Origin: an uncultured delta proteobacterium
GTDB lineage: Bacteria; Myxococcota; Myxococcia; Myxococcales; Anaeromyxobacteraceae
Direction: 5' to 3'
Length of the DNA stretch: 64,000 nucleotides
NCBI GenBank assembly: GCA_963766715.1
Contig: CAVYBH010000008.1
Location: 288,001 to 352,000 of the forward strand
In this document: positions 47,523 through 61,374 of the stretch, in pieces
Layout: every line of letters begins with the position of its first letter
Position numbering within the stretch: the first letter of the stretch is position 1
The notes under the pieces: model-generated
The model's input: the letters and a program-made list of their open reading frames with translations, nothing else
Databases searched by the model: none
What the model was told of the DNA's origin: nothing
Made by a program: the position numbers and the translations under genes

Positions 47523-48622
47523 CGGGGGCGCCGGGGGAGACCGGGCCCCGGCTCGACGAGGCGGACGAGGTCCGGGAGGAGGAGCGGTTCGACCCGGAGC
47601 GGATCCGCCCGTTCCTGGCGACGGCCTTCCCGGGGGTCGGCGGGCCCATCACCGCGCGCCAGTTCCGCAAGGGGCACTCGAACCTCACCTACCTGGTCCG
47701 GATCGGCGACCGGGAGGCGGTGCTGCGCCGGGCCCCGTTCGGCGCCAAGGTGAAGTCGGCGCACGACATGAACCGGGAGTGGAACCTGCTCACGGCGCTG
47801 CAGGGCGTGTACCCGCGCTCGCCGCGGCCGCTGGCCTTCTGCGACGACGAGTCGGTGCTGGGCGCGCGCTTCTACCTCATGGAGCGGGTGACCGGGGTGA
47901 TCCTGCGGGGGGACGGCTCCTCGTCGGGGCTCGCGCTGGGGCCGGAGACGATGCGCGCCACCTCCACGGCGCTCGTCGACAACCTGGTCGAGCTGCACGC
48001 CGTCGACCTCGAGAGGACGGGGCTCGTCCACATGGGCAAGCCGGCCGGGTACGTGGAGCGCCAGGTGAAGGGCTGGACCGAGCGCTACCTGGCCGCGAAG
48101 ACCGACGAGGTGCCGGAGATCGAGGCGGCGGCGGCCTGGGCGGCGCGGAACATGCCGGCCCCGGGCGGCGTATCGCTCGTCCACAATGACTACAAGTACG
48201 ACAACGTGGTGCTCGACCCGGCCGACCTCTCCCGCGTGGTGGCGGTGCTCGACTGGGAGATGGCCACCATCGGCGATCCCCTCATGGACCTGGGGACCGC
48301 GCTCGGCTACTGGACCGACCCGGGCGATCCCCCGATGCTCCGGGCCCAGGCCTTCGGCCCCACGCACCTCCCGGGCAGCCTCTCCCGGCAGGAGGTGGTG
48401 GCCCGCTACGCGGAGCGGTCCGGGCGCGCCGTGGACCACGTGCTCTTCCACTACGTCTTCGCGCTCTTCAAGCTGGCGGTGATCGTCCAGCAGATCTACC
48501 GGCGCTACGTGGACGGCCACACCCGCGACCCGCGCTTCGCCCCGCTCGGCCAGATGGTCCGGGTCCTCGGCACGCAGGCCTCCCGCGCCCTCGATCGGGG
48601 CCGCATCCACGATCTGGGCTAG
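47519..48622 (+). CDS. APH-family phosphotransferase (ACAD10/11 kinase / LvaA-like)
   Basis: GHSNLTY, VLRR, SAHDMNRE, FYLME, VHNDYKYDN, LDWEMATIGDPLMDLG. Confidence 0.88.
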   Translation: MTGAPGETGPRLDEADEVREEERFDPERIRPFLATAFPGVGGPITARQFRKGHSNLTYLVRIGDREAVLRRAPFGAKVKSAHDMNREWNLLTALQGVYPRSPRPLAFCDDESVLGARFYLMERVTGVILRGDGSSSGLALGPETMRATSTALVDNLVELHAVDLERTGLVHMGKPAGYVERQVKGWTERYLAAKTDEVPEIEAAAAWAARNMPAPGGVSLVHNDYKYDNVVLDPADLSRVVAVLDWEMATIGDPLMDLGTALGYWTDPGDPPMLRAQAFGPTHLPGSLSRQEVVARYAERSGRAVDHVLFHYVFALFKLAVIVQQIYRRYVDGHTRDPRFAPLGQMVRVLGTQASRALDRGRIHDLG

Positions 48623-48631
48623 GGGCGCGCC

Positions 48632-49354
48632 ATGCCCAAGCTCCACGTCCTCCTCAAGAAGGAGGAGCTCGACGGACAGCTCCTGGCCGGCAAGGTGGTG
48701 GTCGTCCTCGACGTCCTCTTCGCCACGACCAGCATCGCCGCCGCGCTGGCGCACGGCGCCACCGAGGTCATCCCGGCGGTCGACGGGGACGCCGCCCGGG
48801 CGGAGGCGGCCCGGAGAGTCCCCGGATCCTTCGTGCTGGCCGGCGAGCTCGGCGCCGAGACCTTGCCGGGCTTCGCCCACCCCACCCCGGTCTCGCTCCT
48901 CGGCGAGCCGCTCCCGGGGCGCGCGCTCATCTACTCGACGACCAACGGGACGGTGGCGGTGGACGCGGCGGCCGGGGCGCAGCGGGTCTACGCGGCGGCG
49001 CTGGTGAACGGGGCGGCGGTGGCCGAGCACCTGCGCCGGGAGGCCGAGGGGGAGACGGTGCTGCTCGTCTGCGCCGGCTCGGCCGACTCGGTGAACCTGG
49101 AGGACCTCTACGGCGCCGGCCACCTGGTCTCGCGCCTCGCCGGGGGTGGAACGGGCTGGGAGCTCTCCGACGCGGCGCTCGCCGCGCTCCTCCTCCACGA
49201 CGGCAACGACGCGCTCGCCTGCCTCTCCCGGAGCCGGGTCGGGCGCATGATGCTCGCGCGCGGCCTGGGGCACGAGGTGGAATGGGCGGCCCGCGAGGAC
49301 GTCCTCGACGTGGTGCCGGTGCTCCGTGGCGGGCGCCTCGTCGCTGCGAGATAG
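48632..49354 (+). CDS. 2-phosphosulfolactate phosphatase (ComB) family protein
   Basis: VVVLDVLFATTSI, LAGE, STTNGT, VCAG, LEDLYGAG. Confidence 0.85.
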   Translation: MPKLHVLLKKEELDGQLLAGKVVVVLDVLFATTSIAAALAHGATEVIPAVDGDAARAEAARRVPGSFVLAGELGAETLPGFAHPTPVSLLGEPLPGRALIYSTTNGTVAVDAAAGAQRVYAAALVNGAAVAEHLRREAEGETVLLVCAGSADSVNLEDLYGAGHLVSRLAGGGTGWELSDAALAALLLHDGNDALACLSRSRVGRMMLARGLGHEVEWAAREDVLDVVPVLRGGRLVAAR

Positions 49355-49423
49355 GACGCGGCCGCAGGGAACGGGCCGTGGAGCGGGCGGGATGTCGCCC
49401 CCCCCGAAGGAGGTGGGTCCTCT

Positions 49424-49445
49424 CCAGTTCAACCGGTTGAACTGG
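49424..49445. repeat. Perfect 22-bp palindrome between convergent genes (possible bidirectional terminator)
   Basis: CCAGTTCAACCGGTTGAACTGG equals its own reverse complement. Confidence 0.6.
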
Positions 49446-49449
49446 GCGG

Positions 49450-49839
49450 TCAGCGGCGCAGCTTGAACGTGCCGAGGGCCTTCGCCACCAGGTTGCCGGC
49501 GCCGTCGAGGATCTCGCCTTCCGCGAAGGCCAGCGACTTTCCTGCCCGCAGGCAGCGGGCCTCGCCGACGAGCGTCCCCTTCCCGGGCCCGATGAAGCTC
49601 ACCGTGAGGTCCACGGTGATGGCTCCGCGCGCGGCGCCGTCCTGGGTGATGGCCGCCACGGCCAGCGCCACGTCGGCCAGCGTCATCACCACGCCGCCGT
49701 GGGCGTCGTGGAAGCTGTTCATGAGCTCCGGGCGCAGCGCCATCTCCAGGCGGGCCAGGCCGGGCTCGTGTCGCACGATCTGGATGCCCAGGAACTCGGC
49801 GAAGGGCACCGGCCGGCCGATGAGCTCGGAGAGGGTCAC
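49450..49839 (-). CDS. PaaI-family thioesterase
   Basis: PFAEFLGI, NSFHDAHGGVVMTLADVA, TVDLTVSF. Confidence 0.9.
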   Translation of the reverse strand: MTLSELIGRPVPFAEFLGIQIVRHEPGLARLEMALRPELMNSFHDAHGGVVMTLADVALAVAAITQDGAARGAITVDLTVSFIGPGKGTLVGEARCLRAGKSLAFAEGEILDGAGNLVAKALGTFKLRR

Positions 49840-50819
49840 GGCGCCCCGGGGCGGACGACGAGCTTTCCGTGGACCCGGCGCTGCAGGAGGTCGTCGAGCG
49901 CCCGGGGGACGTCGGCGAGCGCGAGGCGGGCGGTCACCACCGGGGTGAGCCGGCCGTCCTGGATCCAGCCCCCGATGCGGGCCAGCTCGTCGGCGGCCCG
50001 GCGCGGCTCGCGGCGGCACCAGTCGCCCCAGTAGACCCCCAGGATGGACCGGGCGTTGAGCAGCGCCAGGTTGAGGGGAATCCGCGGGATCTCCCCGGAC
50101 GCGAAGCCAATCACGAGGAAGCGGCCGCCCCACCCGGTGGCGCGCAGGGCGGCCTCGGAGAGCGCGCCGCCGATGGGGTCGAAGACCACGTCCACGCCGC
50201 GCCCCCCGGTCAGCTCCTTCACCCGCTGTCGCAGGTCCTCGACCGAGTAGTCGATGGTGAGCTTCGCGCCCAGTCGCCGGCACGACTCGAGCCGCTCCGC
50301 CGAGGAGGCGGCTGCGATCACCCGCGCGCCCAGCAGCCGGGCGATCCCGACGGCGGCCGTCCCCACGCCGCCCGCCGCCCCGAGGACCAGCACCGTCTCC
50401 CCGGGCTGCACCTGGGCCCGGTCCTCCAGCGCGTGGAGCGTGGTCCCGTACGTCACGAGCGTGGCGGCGGCGAGATCGGCGGAGAGCGCGGCCGGCCGGT
50501 GGAGCAGCTGCCCGGCCGGCACCACGCAGCGCTCGGCGAAGGCGCCGGACGTCGTGGTGGCCATGACCGGATCGTCCGGGCGGAACCCGGTGACGCCCGC
50601 GCCGACGGCCTCGACGACGCCGGCCAGCTCCATCCCGGGGACGAAGGGCGGGGGCGGCCGCACCTGGTACTTCCCCTGGACGACCAGCGCGTCCGGGTAG
50701 TTCAGGCCGGCGGCCTCCACGCGGACGAGCACCTCGCCCTCGCCGGGCGCCGGCGCCGGGATCTCCTCGACCCGGAGGTCGGAGACCGGACCGAAGGCTG
50801 TGCAGACCAGGGCGCGCAT
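49836..50819 (-). CDS. NADPH:quinone oxidoreductase family (MDR)
   Basis: GLNYPD, PFVPGME, LGAAGGVG, GVDVVFDPIGG, IGFASG. Confidence 0.92.
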   Translation of the reverse strand: MRALVCTAFGPVSDLRVEEIPAPAPGEGEVLVRVEAAGLNYPDALVVQGKYQVRPPPPFVPGMELAGVVEAVGAGVTGFRPDDPVMATTTSGAFAERCVVPAGQLLHRPAALSADLAAATLVTYGTTLHALEDRAQVQPGETVLVLGAAGGVGTAAVGIARLLGARVIAAASSAERLESCRRLGAKLTIDYSVEDLRQRVKELTGGRGVDVVFDPIGGALSEAALRATGWGGRFLVIGFASGEIPRIPLNLALLNARSILGVYWGDWCRREPRRAADELARIGGWIQDGRLTPVVTARLALADVPRALDDLLQRRVHGKLVVRPGAP

Positions 50820-50825
50820 GGCTTT

Positions 50826-50844
50826 CGTTTCGCGGTACGAAACG
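50826..50844. promoter_or_regulatory. Palindromic operator CGTTTCG-N5-CGAAACG (copy 2), likely IclR site
   Basis: CGTTTCGCGGTACGAAACG between the qor-like gene and the divergent IclR gene. Confidence 0.72.
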
Positions 50845-50913
50845 GGATACCGCACCGTAACACGCGGCGGTCACGGGTCACAACGCGGCCGCCCGATCTG
50901 CTAGGCTCCCGCC

Positions 50914-51714
50914 GTGGCCCCGGAGAAGCGACGGCCCCCGGCCGACCGGAAGTTCGTGACCGCGCTCTCCCGCGGCCTGGAGGTCCTGCGCTGCTTCGGC
51001 CCCCGGGACCGCTGGCTGGCGAACCAGGAGATCGCCAGGCGCACCGGCCTCGCCAAGCCCACCGTCTCGCGGCTGGCCTACACGCTGACCCGCCTCGGCC
51101 ACCTGCGCTACTCCGACGCCCTGAACAAGTACGCGCTGGGCAACGCCGCCATCAGCCTGGGCTTCGCGGCGCTGGGGCAGATGGACGTGCGCCGGGCCGC
51201 GCGCCCGTTCATGCAGGAGCTGTCCGAGTACACCAAGGCGTCGGTTCACCTCGCGGTGAACGATCGGCTCTCCATGCAGGTGGTCGACACCTACTGGAAC
51301 AGCGCCTCCTTCGTGGTCGACATCGGCTCGCGGGTCCCGGCGGCCACCACGTCGCTCGGCCGCGCCTACGTGTCGGCCCTGCCGGCGCCCGAGCGCAAGC
51401 GGATGCTGGACGCGATCCGGCTGGCCCGCCCGGACGACTGGGCCGTGAACCGCAAGCGCCTCGAGCAGGCCGTCCGGGAGCACCAGCAGCACGGCTTCTG
51501 CCTCGGGCTGGGCGACTGGCGCCGCGAGATCAACGCGGTGGCGGCCCCGCTCGACCTGGGCAACGGCTCGGGCCCCATCGTCATCGGCTGCAGCGGCGCG
51601 GCCTTCCAGCTCGAGCCGGAGACGCTCCGGCGCGACGTCGGGCCCCGCCTGCTGGCGCTCCTCGGGAACGTCCGCGCGGCGCTGACCCGCGACCGCGAAG
51701 GAGAAGGCGGATGA
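50914..51714 (+). CDS. IclR-family transcriptional regulator
   Basis: FVTALSRGLEVLRCF, EIARRTGLAKPTVSRL, TSLGRAY. Confidence 0.93.
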   Translation: MAPEKRRPPADRKFVTALSRGLEVLRCFGPRDRWLANQEIARRTGLAKPTVSRLAYTLTRLGHLRYSDALNKYALGNAAISLGFAALGQMDVRRAARPFMQELSEYTKASVHLAVNDRLSMQVVDTYWNSASFVVDIGSRVPAATTSLGRAYVSALPAPERKRMLDAIRLARPDDWAVNRKRLEQAVREHQQHGFCLGLGDWRREINAVAAPLDLGNGSGPIVIGCSGAAFQLEPETLRRDVGPRLLALLGNVRAALTRDREGEGG

Positions 51715-52889
51715 ACGGCACGAGCGAGATGACCGACTTCCTGGGGCTGCGCGAGCTCCTCACCGACGAGGAGCGGATGGTGCAGTCGCAGGCGCGCCAG
51801 TTCGTGAACGCCCGGATCCTCCCCGTCATCGAGCGCCACGCGCAGGCGCAGACCTTCCCGGCCGAGCTCGTCCGCCCCATGGGCGAGCTCGGGTTCCTGG
51901 GCCCCACCCTCCCCGCCCGCTACGGCTGCGCCGGCCTGTCCAGCGCCGCGTACGGGCTCCTCATGTACGAGCTGGAGCGGGGCGACTCGGCGCTGCGGAG
52001 CTTCGCGTCCGTCCAGGGCTCGCTCGTCATGTACCCGATCCACGCGTACGGCTCGGAGGCCCAGAAGGACCACTGGCTGCCGCGGCTCGCCCGGGGCGAG
52101 GCCATCGGCTGCTTCGGCCTCACCGAGCCGGACTTCGGCTCGAACCCCGCCGGCATGCGCACCCGCGCGGTGAAGGAGGGCAGCCGCTGGCGCCTCCAGG
52201 GCTCGAAGATGTGGATCACGAACGGCTCCATCGCCGACGTGGCGGTGGTGTGGGCCCGCACCGACGACGGCATCCGCGGCTTCCTCGTGGAGAAGGGCAC
52301 GAAGGGATTCTCGGCCCCGGAGATGAAGGGGAAGTGGTCCCTGCGCGCGTCCGTCACCTCCGAGCTCGTGCTCGACGACGTGCTGGTGGACGAGGAGCGG
52401 AGCCTTCTCCCCGGGGTGAAGGGGCTGAAGGGGCCGCTCGGCTGCCTGAACCAGGCCCGCTTCGGCATCGCCTGGGGCGTGCTCGGCGCGGCGGAGGCCT
52501 GCTACCAGTGCGCCCTCGACCACGCGAAGAGCCGCACCCAGTTCGATCGCCCCATCGCGGGCTTCCAGCTCACGCAGGAGAAGCTGGCCTGGATGGTGAC
52601 CGAGCTCGCCAAGGGCCAGCTGCTCGCCCTCCACGTGGCCCGGCGCAAGGACCAGGGCACGGTGACGCCGGCCCAGATCTCCATGGCCAAGATGAACAAC
52701 GTCTCGGTGGCGCGGGAGATCTGCTCCCGGGCCCGGACCATCCTGGGCGCCAGCGGGATCCTCGGCGAGTACCCGATCATGCGCCACATGGCGAACCTCG
52801 AGTCGGTCTACACCTACGAGGGGACCCACGAGATGCACACCCTCGTGATCGGCGAGGCGGTCACCGGGATCCAGGCGTTCCGGGGCTGA
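51711..52889 (+). CDS. gcdH: Glutaryl-CoA dehydrogenase
   Basis: ELERGDS..RSFASVQGSL, GCFGLTEPDFGSNP, GPLGCLNQAR, SMAKMNN, HMANLESVYTYEGT. Confidence 0.85.
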   Translation: MNGTSEMTDFLGLRELLTDEERMVQSQARQFVNARILPVIERHAQAQTFPAELVRPMGELGFLGPTLPARYGCAGLSSAAYGLLMYELERGDSALRSFASVQGSLVMYPIHAYGSEAQKDHWLPRLARGEAIGCFGLTEPDFGSNPAGMRTRAVKEGSRWRLQGSKMWITNGSIADVAVVWARTDDGIRGFLVEKGTKGFSAPEMKGKWSLRASVTSELVLDDVLVDEERSLLPGVKGLKGPLGCLNQARFGIAWGVLGAAEACYQCALDHAKSRTQFDRPIAGFQLTQEKLAWMVTELAKGQLLALHVARRKDQGTVTPAQISMAKMNNVSVAREICSRARTILGASGILGEYPIMRHMANLESVYTYEGTHEMHTLVIGEAVTGIQAFRG

Positions 52890-52932
52890 CCCGGGCGCCG
52901 CCGCGCCACCCGCGGCGCGGCCGGCCGGCGCG

Positions 52933-53397
52933 CTACCGCCGCTTCTTCAGGGACAGTCCCATGCTGAAGCGGGCCACCGGCTCGTCCCCGTACCTGTCCG
53001 GGACCGTGGCCACCACGTCCACCGGCAGCGTGACCCGCTCGCCCGTGCGCTCGGTCTCGGCCATGGCCTCGGCGATGCGCCGCCCGTCGCGGGTTCGGAA
53101 GACGACGTCCCCGTCGGCCCGCTTGAGGAACTCCATCCGCGCGAACTTGAAGACCGGGACGACGGTGCGGTGGCGGGCGCGGATGAGCGAGAAGGCGTTC
53201 ATCCCGGAGGCCAGGTCGGCGCCGGCCGCCATCGCCCCCACGTACATCGAGCCCACGTGGTTCTTCGTGCGCCAGGAGAGCGGCAAGAGCACGGCCGCGC
53301 CCTCGTCGTCGAGCTCGACGACCCGCGGGCCCACGAAGAGGAGCAGCGGGATGCGCAGGCCGAGCAGGCGGACGGCGGCGGTTTCCTTGAGGAGCAT
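52933..53397 (-). CDS. DUF4442 / hotdog-fold thioesterase-like protein
   Basis: IPLLLFVGPRV, WRTKNHVGSMYVGA, FLKRADGDV. Confidence 0.75.
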   Translation of the reverse strand: MLLKETAAVRLLGLRIPLLLFVGPRVVELDDEGAAVLLPLSWRTKNHVGSMYVGAMAAGADLASGMNAFSLIRARHRTVVPVFKFARMEFLKRADGDVVFRTRDGRRIAEAMAETERTGERVTLPVDVVATVPDRYGDEPVARFSMGLSLKKRR

Positions 53398-53455
53398 GGC
53401 CGGGGAGACTAACCCGGACCGGGCGCGCGTCCGACCCCCCGGATAGATCGGGGGC

Positions 53456-57718
<4,263 letters not shown>

Positions 57719-57741
57719 CCCGCCCTCGCCGGGCTGGGGGG

Positions 57742-59143
57742 CTACCCGGACGCGAACTGGACGGGCCGGTAGCGCCGGGCCAGCAGGGCGAACCCCACCG
57801 CGCAGAAGAGCATGAGCGCGGCGAAGAAGAGGAAGTAGGCCGCGCCGTGGAACCGGTTCCACTGGCTCACCACGGCGGCCACGAGGTTCCCGATCGCCGA
57901 CGTGAGCAGCCAGAAGCTCATGATGGTGCTCTTCATGGTCTTCGGGGCCTGGGTGAAGGCGAACTCGAGCCCGGTCACCGAGATCATCACTTCACCCATG
58001 GTCAGGATCAGGATGGGCACGACCTGCCAGAAGACGTGCGGCCGGGCGCCGCCGTCGATGACCGCCTGGATGCCCGCCATGACGACGAAGGAGGACATGG
58101 CGAGGAACATCCCCAGGCTCATCTTGCCGAGGGCGGTCACCTTCACGCCCATGCGGACCAGCCCGGGATAGACCACGCCCTGGAACAGGGGCACGAGCAG
58201 GAGCACCAGGAAGGGGTTGACGGCGTTCAGCTGGGAGGCCTCGAGCCGGAAGCCGCCGAGCCGCATCCCCAGGAACTCCACGGCGCCCACGTCCAGGTTC
58301 ATCTGCTTGGCCTGGAGGATGAAGCTCGCTCCCTTCTGGTCGAAGAGCGCCCAGAAGCCGGCGACCATCACGAAGACGCCGGAGATGCGGACCACCGCGC
58401 GAGCCCCGTCCACCGCCTCGGCCGGGTGGACGGCGCGGGCGGCCTCGAGCCAGTCCGTGCCGGGAGGCGCGCTGCGCCCGGCGGGAGAGCGCGGTGGCCA
58501 CCACCTTCACGAAGGCGTGCGGGTTCGGGCCGGTGGGAGGGACGTGGACGTAGCGCTTGCGCCCGGCGACGAAGAAGACGAGCGCCAGCACCATGAGCAG
58601 GCCGGGCACGCCGAAGGCCACCGACGGGCCGTACTTCACGAGCAGGAAGGGGATGAGGAGCGAGGCGCTGGCGCTGCCCAGGTTCACCATCCAGTAGAAG
58701 AGGCCGTAGACCTTGGCGAGCAGCGACTTCTGGTCGGGGAGGAACTGGTCGCCCACGAAGGCCGAGACGCAGGGCTTGATGCCGCCCGCCCCGATGGCGA
58801 TGAGGGCGCAGCCGGCGAGGAGGCCGGTGCGGGTCTCCACCGCCGCCACCACCACGTGGCCGATCACGTAGCCGAACGAGAGGAAGAGGATGACGCGGTA
58901 GCGCCCCAGGAAACGGTCGGCGAGCCACCCGCCGACGAGCGGCATCAGGTAGTTCGCCATCACGAAGTAGTGGTAGCTGGCCTTGGCGTCCGCCTGGGAG
59001 ACCAGGAGGTACTGCACCATGTACACGACCAGGATGTTGCGCATCCCGTAGAAGGAGAACCTCTCGGCCCCCTCGCTGGCCATGATGTACGGGATCTGCG
59101 GAGGGAAGCGCTGGCGTGACGCGGTCCCCGCCGATGCGCTCAC
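57742..59143 (-). CDS. POT/PTR peptide MFS transporter (frameshift near 58470)
   Basis: EGAERFSFYGMR, GGIKPCVSAFVGDQF, FYWMVNLGS, GLEFAFTQAP. Confidence 0.9.
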
Positions 59144-60525
59144 GGAGCCCCCTCGGGCGCGGGCTCGGCGGTCGCCGCCGGCACGGTGGGCTGGTAGCGC
59201 CGGGCGACCCAGGAGAAGGCCATCGCGCCCAGCACCATGAGCACGGCGAAGAACCCGAAGTACCAGACGCCGTGGAAGCGGTTCAGCTTGGCCACGCCGG
59301 CGGTGAGCAGGCTGCCGGCGGCGATGGTGACGTACCACAGGCTCATGATCACGCTCTTCATCGAGGCGGGAGCCTGGGTGTAGGCGAACTCGAGCGCCGT
59401 CACCGAGACCAGCACCTCGCCGATGGAGAGGAAGAGGTAGGCCGGGACCTGCCAGGCCACGTGCGGGCGGAGCCCGGCGTCGAGCGCCAGCTGCACCCCC
59501 ATCACCCAGAGGAAGCTGAAGACGGTGACGAACATCCCCACCTGCATCTTGCGGAGCGCCCTCACCTTCTTCCCGCGCCGCTGGAGCAGGGGGTAGACCA
59601 CACCGGCGAAGACGGGAATGGTGGTGAGCACGAAGATGGCGTTCAGCGAGCCCATCTGCGAGGCCTTCACCGTGTACCCGAGGATGTCGCGGTTCATCCG
59701 CTCGGCCTGCAGCACCCACGACGACCCGTACTGGAAGAAGAGGGCCCAGAAGGCGGCGATGGGCGCGAAGACCCCCAGGATGCGGAAGACCGCCTTGGCC
59801 CCGTCGATCGCCTCGGCCGGGAACCGCTGCCGGGCCACGTCGAGCCAGTGCTCGCCGGGGCGGCCGGTCCCCAGGCGCTCGGCGGCGAACCGGACCACGC
59901 GGAAGAAGCCGTTCGGGTTGGGGCCGGTGGGGGGGACGTTCACGTAGAGCCGCCGGCCGCGCCAGAAGACGAGGAGCGCCAGCGCCATGAGCACGCCCGG
60001 CACCGAGAAGGCCACCCAGGGACCGAAGCGCGCCAGGAGCTCGGGGATGACGAGCATGGACGTGAAGGAGCCGAGGTTGATCATCCAGTAGTAGAGGTCG
60101 TAGACCTTCTCGAGCAGGTGCTGGCTCCTGGCGTCGAACTGGTCGCCCACGTACGCCGCCGCGGTGGGCTTGATGCCGCCCGCGCCGATGGCGATGAGCG
60201 CGAGCCCCACCACCAGCCCGGTCGGGCTGTCCCAGATGGCGATGGCGGCGTGCCCGAACACGTACCCGAGCGAGAGCCAGAGGATGACCCGGTAGCGGCC
60301 GAAGAACCGGTCGGCGAGCCAGGCGCCCACGAGCGGCGTCAGGTACACCGCGAAGACGAAGAGGTGGTAGTTGGCCTCGGCGTCGCTCTCCCGGACTCCG
60401 AGGAAGGTCACCATGTAGATGGTGAGGATGGAGGTCATCCCGTAGAACGAGAAGCGCTCGCACCCCTCGTTCCAGGCCAGGTACTTGATCTGCGAGGGGA
60501 AGCGGTCCTGTGGCTGGCGGCTCAT
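59140..60525 (-). CDS. POT/PTR peptide MFS transporter (tandem paralog)
   Basis: EGCERFSFYGM, GGIKPT, YYWMINLGS, LEFAYTQAP. Confidence 0.92.
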   Translation of the reverse strand: MSRQPQDRFPSQIKYLAWNEGCERFSFYGMTSILTIYMVTFLGVRESDAEANYHLFVFAVYLTPLVGAWLADRFFGRYRVILWLSLGYVFGHAAIAIWDSPTGLVVGLALIAIGAGGIKPTAAAYVGDQFDARSQHLLEKVYDLYYWMINLGSFTSMLVIPELLARFGPWVAFSVPGVLMALALLVFWRGRRLYVNVPPTGPNPNGFFRVVRFAAERLGTGRPGEHWLDVARQRFPAEAIDGAKAVFRILGVFAPIAAFWALFFQYGSSWVLQAERMNRDILGYTVKASQMGSLNAIFVLTTIPVFAGVVYPLLQRRGKKVRALRKMQVGMFVTVFSFLWVMGVQLALDAGLRPHVAWQVPAYLFLSIGEVLVSVTALEFAYTQAPASMKSVIMSLWYVTIAAGSLLTAGVAKLNRFHGVWYFGFFAVLMVLGAMAFSWVARRYQPTVPAATAEPAPEGAP

Positions 60526-60609
60526 GGAGGGGGTCAGTCTAGCCCGGATGCGGTTCGCCTCGCAGATTCGCGGGATGGCGCCGGACCTGGCGGTTATGGG
60601 GTGCCGCGC

Positions 60610-60934
60610 ATGCCGGTGCTTCGAATCTCGCCCGAGGAGGCGGTCCACCTCCTGGCGCACGACGACGTGGATCTGGTGGACGTCCGGGAACCGCACGAGT
60701 GGGCCGAGGGGCACATCCCGGGCGCCCGGCACCTGCCGCTCGGCCTCCTGCTCCGCGACCCGGAGCGCGGGCTGCGCAAGGGGCGGGAGCGCGCCATCTT
60801 CGTGTGCGCCCACGGGATCCGCAGCCTGACGGCGGCCGCTGCCGCGTCGCAGCGCGGCTGCGAGAAGGCCTTCAGCCTCGAGGGCGGCGTGGTCGGCCTG
60901 GGCCGACGCGGGGCTGCCCATCGAGGTGGGATAG
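60610..60934 (+). CDS. Rhodanese-like domain protein (frameshift near 60897)
   Basis: VDVREPHEWAEGHIPGARHLPL, VCAHGIRS, SLEGG..W..AGLP. Confidence 0.88.
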
Positions 60935-60946
60935 CTTCCCACCGCG

Positions 60947-61315
60947 TCACCCGCGGATCGCGCCCCAGGCCAGCGCCAGCCATCCGGCCAGGAACAGGAG
61001 GCCGCCGATGGGCGTGATCGCGCCGAGCCCCTTCACGCCGGTGAGCACGAGCGCGTAGAGGCTGCCGGAGAAGAGGACGGTCCCGGCGACGAAGAGCCAG
61101 CCGGCCCAGGTGATCGCCGCGCCCGGCCAGCGGCTGGCCGCCCAGGCCGCCGCGACGAGCGCGAGCGCGTGGTACATCTGGTAGCGCGCGCCGGTGTCGA
61201 AGACCGCGACCATCTCCGGCGTCACCCGCGCCTTCAGGCCGTGCGCGCCGAAGGCCCCCGTTCCCACCGCGATGCAGGCCGAGATCGCGCCCAGGGCGAA
61301 AAAGGTTCTTTCCAT
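60947..61315 (-). CDS. DUF423 membrane protein
   Basis: GAFGAHGL, YQMYHALAL, LFSGSLY, LGAITPIGG. Confidence 0.9.
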   Translation of the reverse strand: MERTFFALGAISACIAVGTGAFGAHGLKARVTPEMVAVFDTGARYQMYHALALVAAAWAASRWPGAAITWAGWLFVAGTVLFSGSLYALVLTGVKGLGAITPIGGLLFLAGWLALAWGAIRG

Positions 61316-61374
61316 GGTGGCGGAGCATACCCGCGCCGGCGGCGCGGCGCTCCCCGTTCGATTAGGCACGGGCC

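Noticed and set aside
49393..49432. GTCGCCCCC...GTTCAAC superficially resembles a CRISPR repeat
   Set aside because: Single copy, no spacers and no cas genes in the window.
60610..60934. Rhodanese as a further selenoprotein
   Set aside because: The active-site codon is a normal TGC (VCAHG); the only disruption is an indel.
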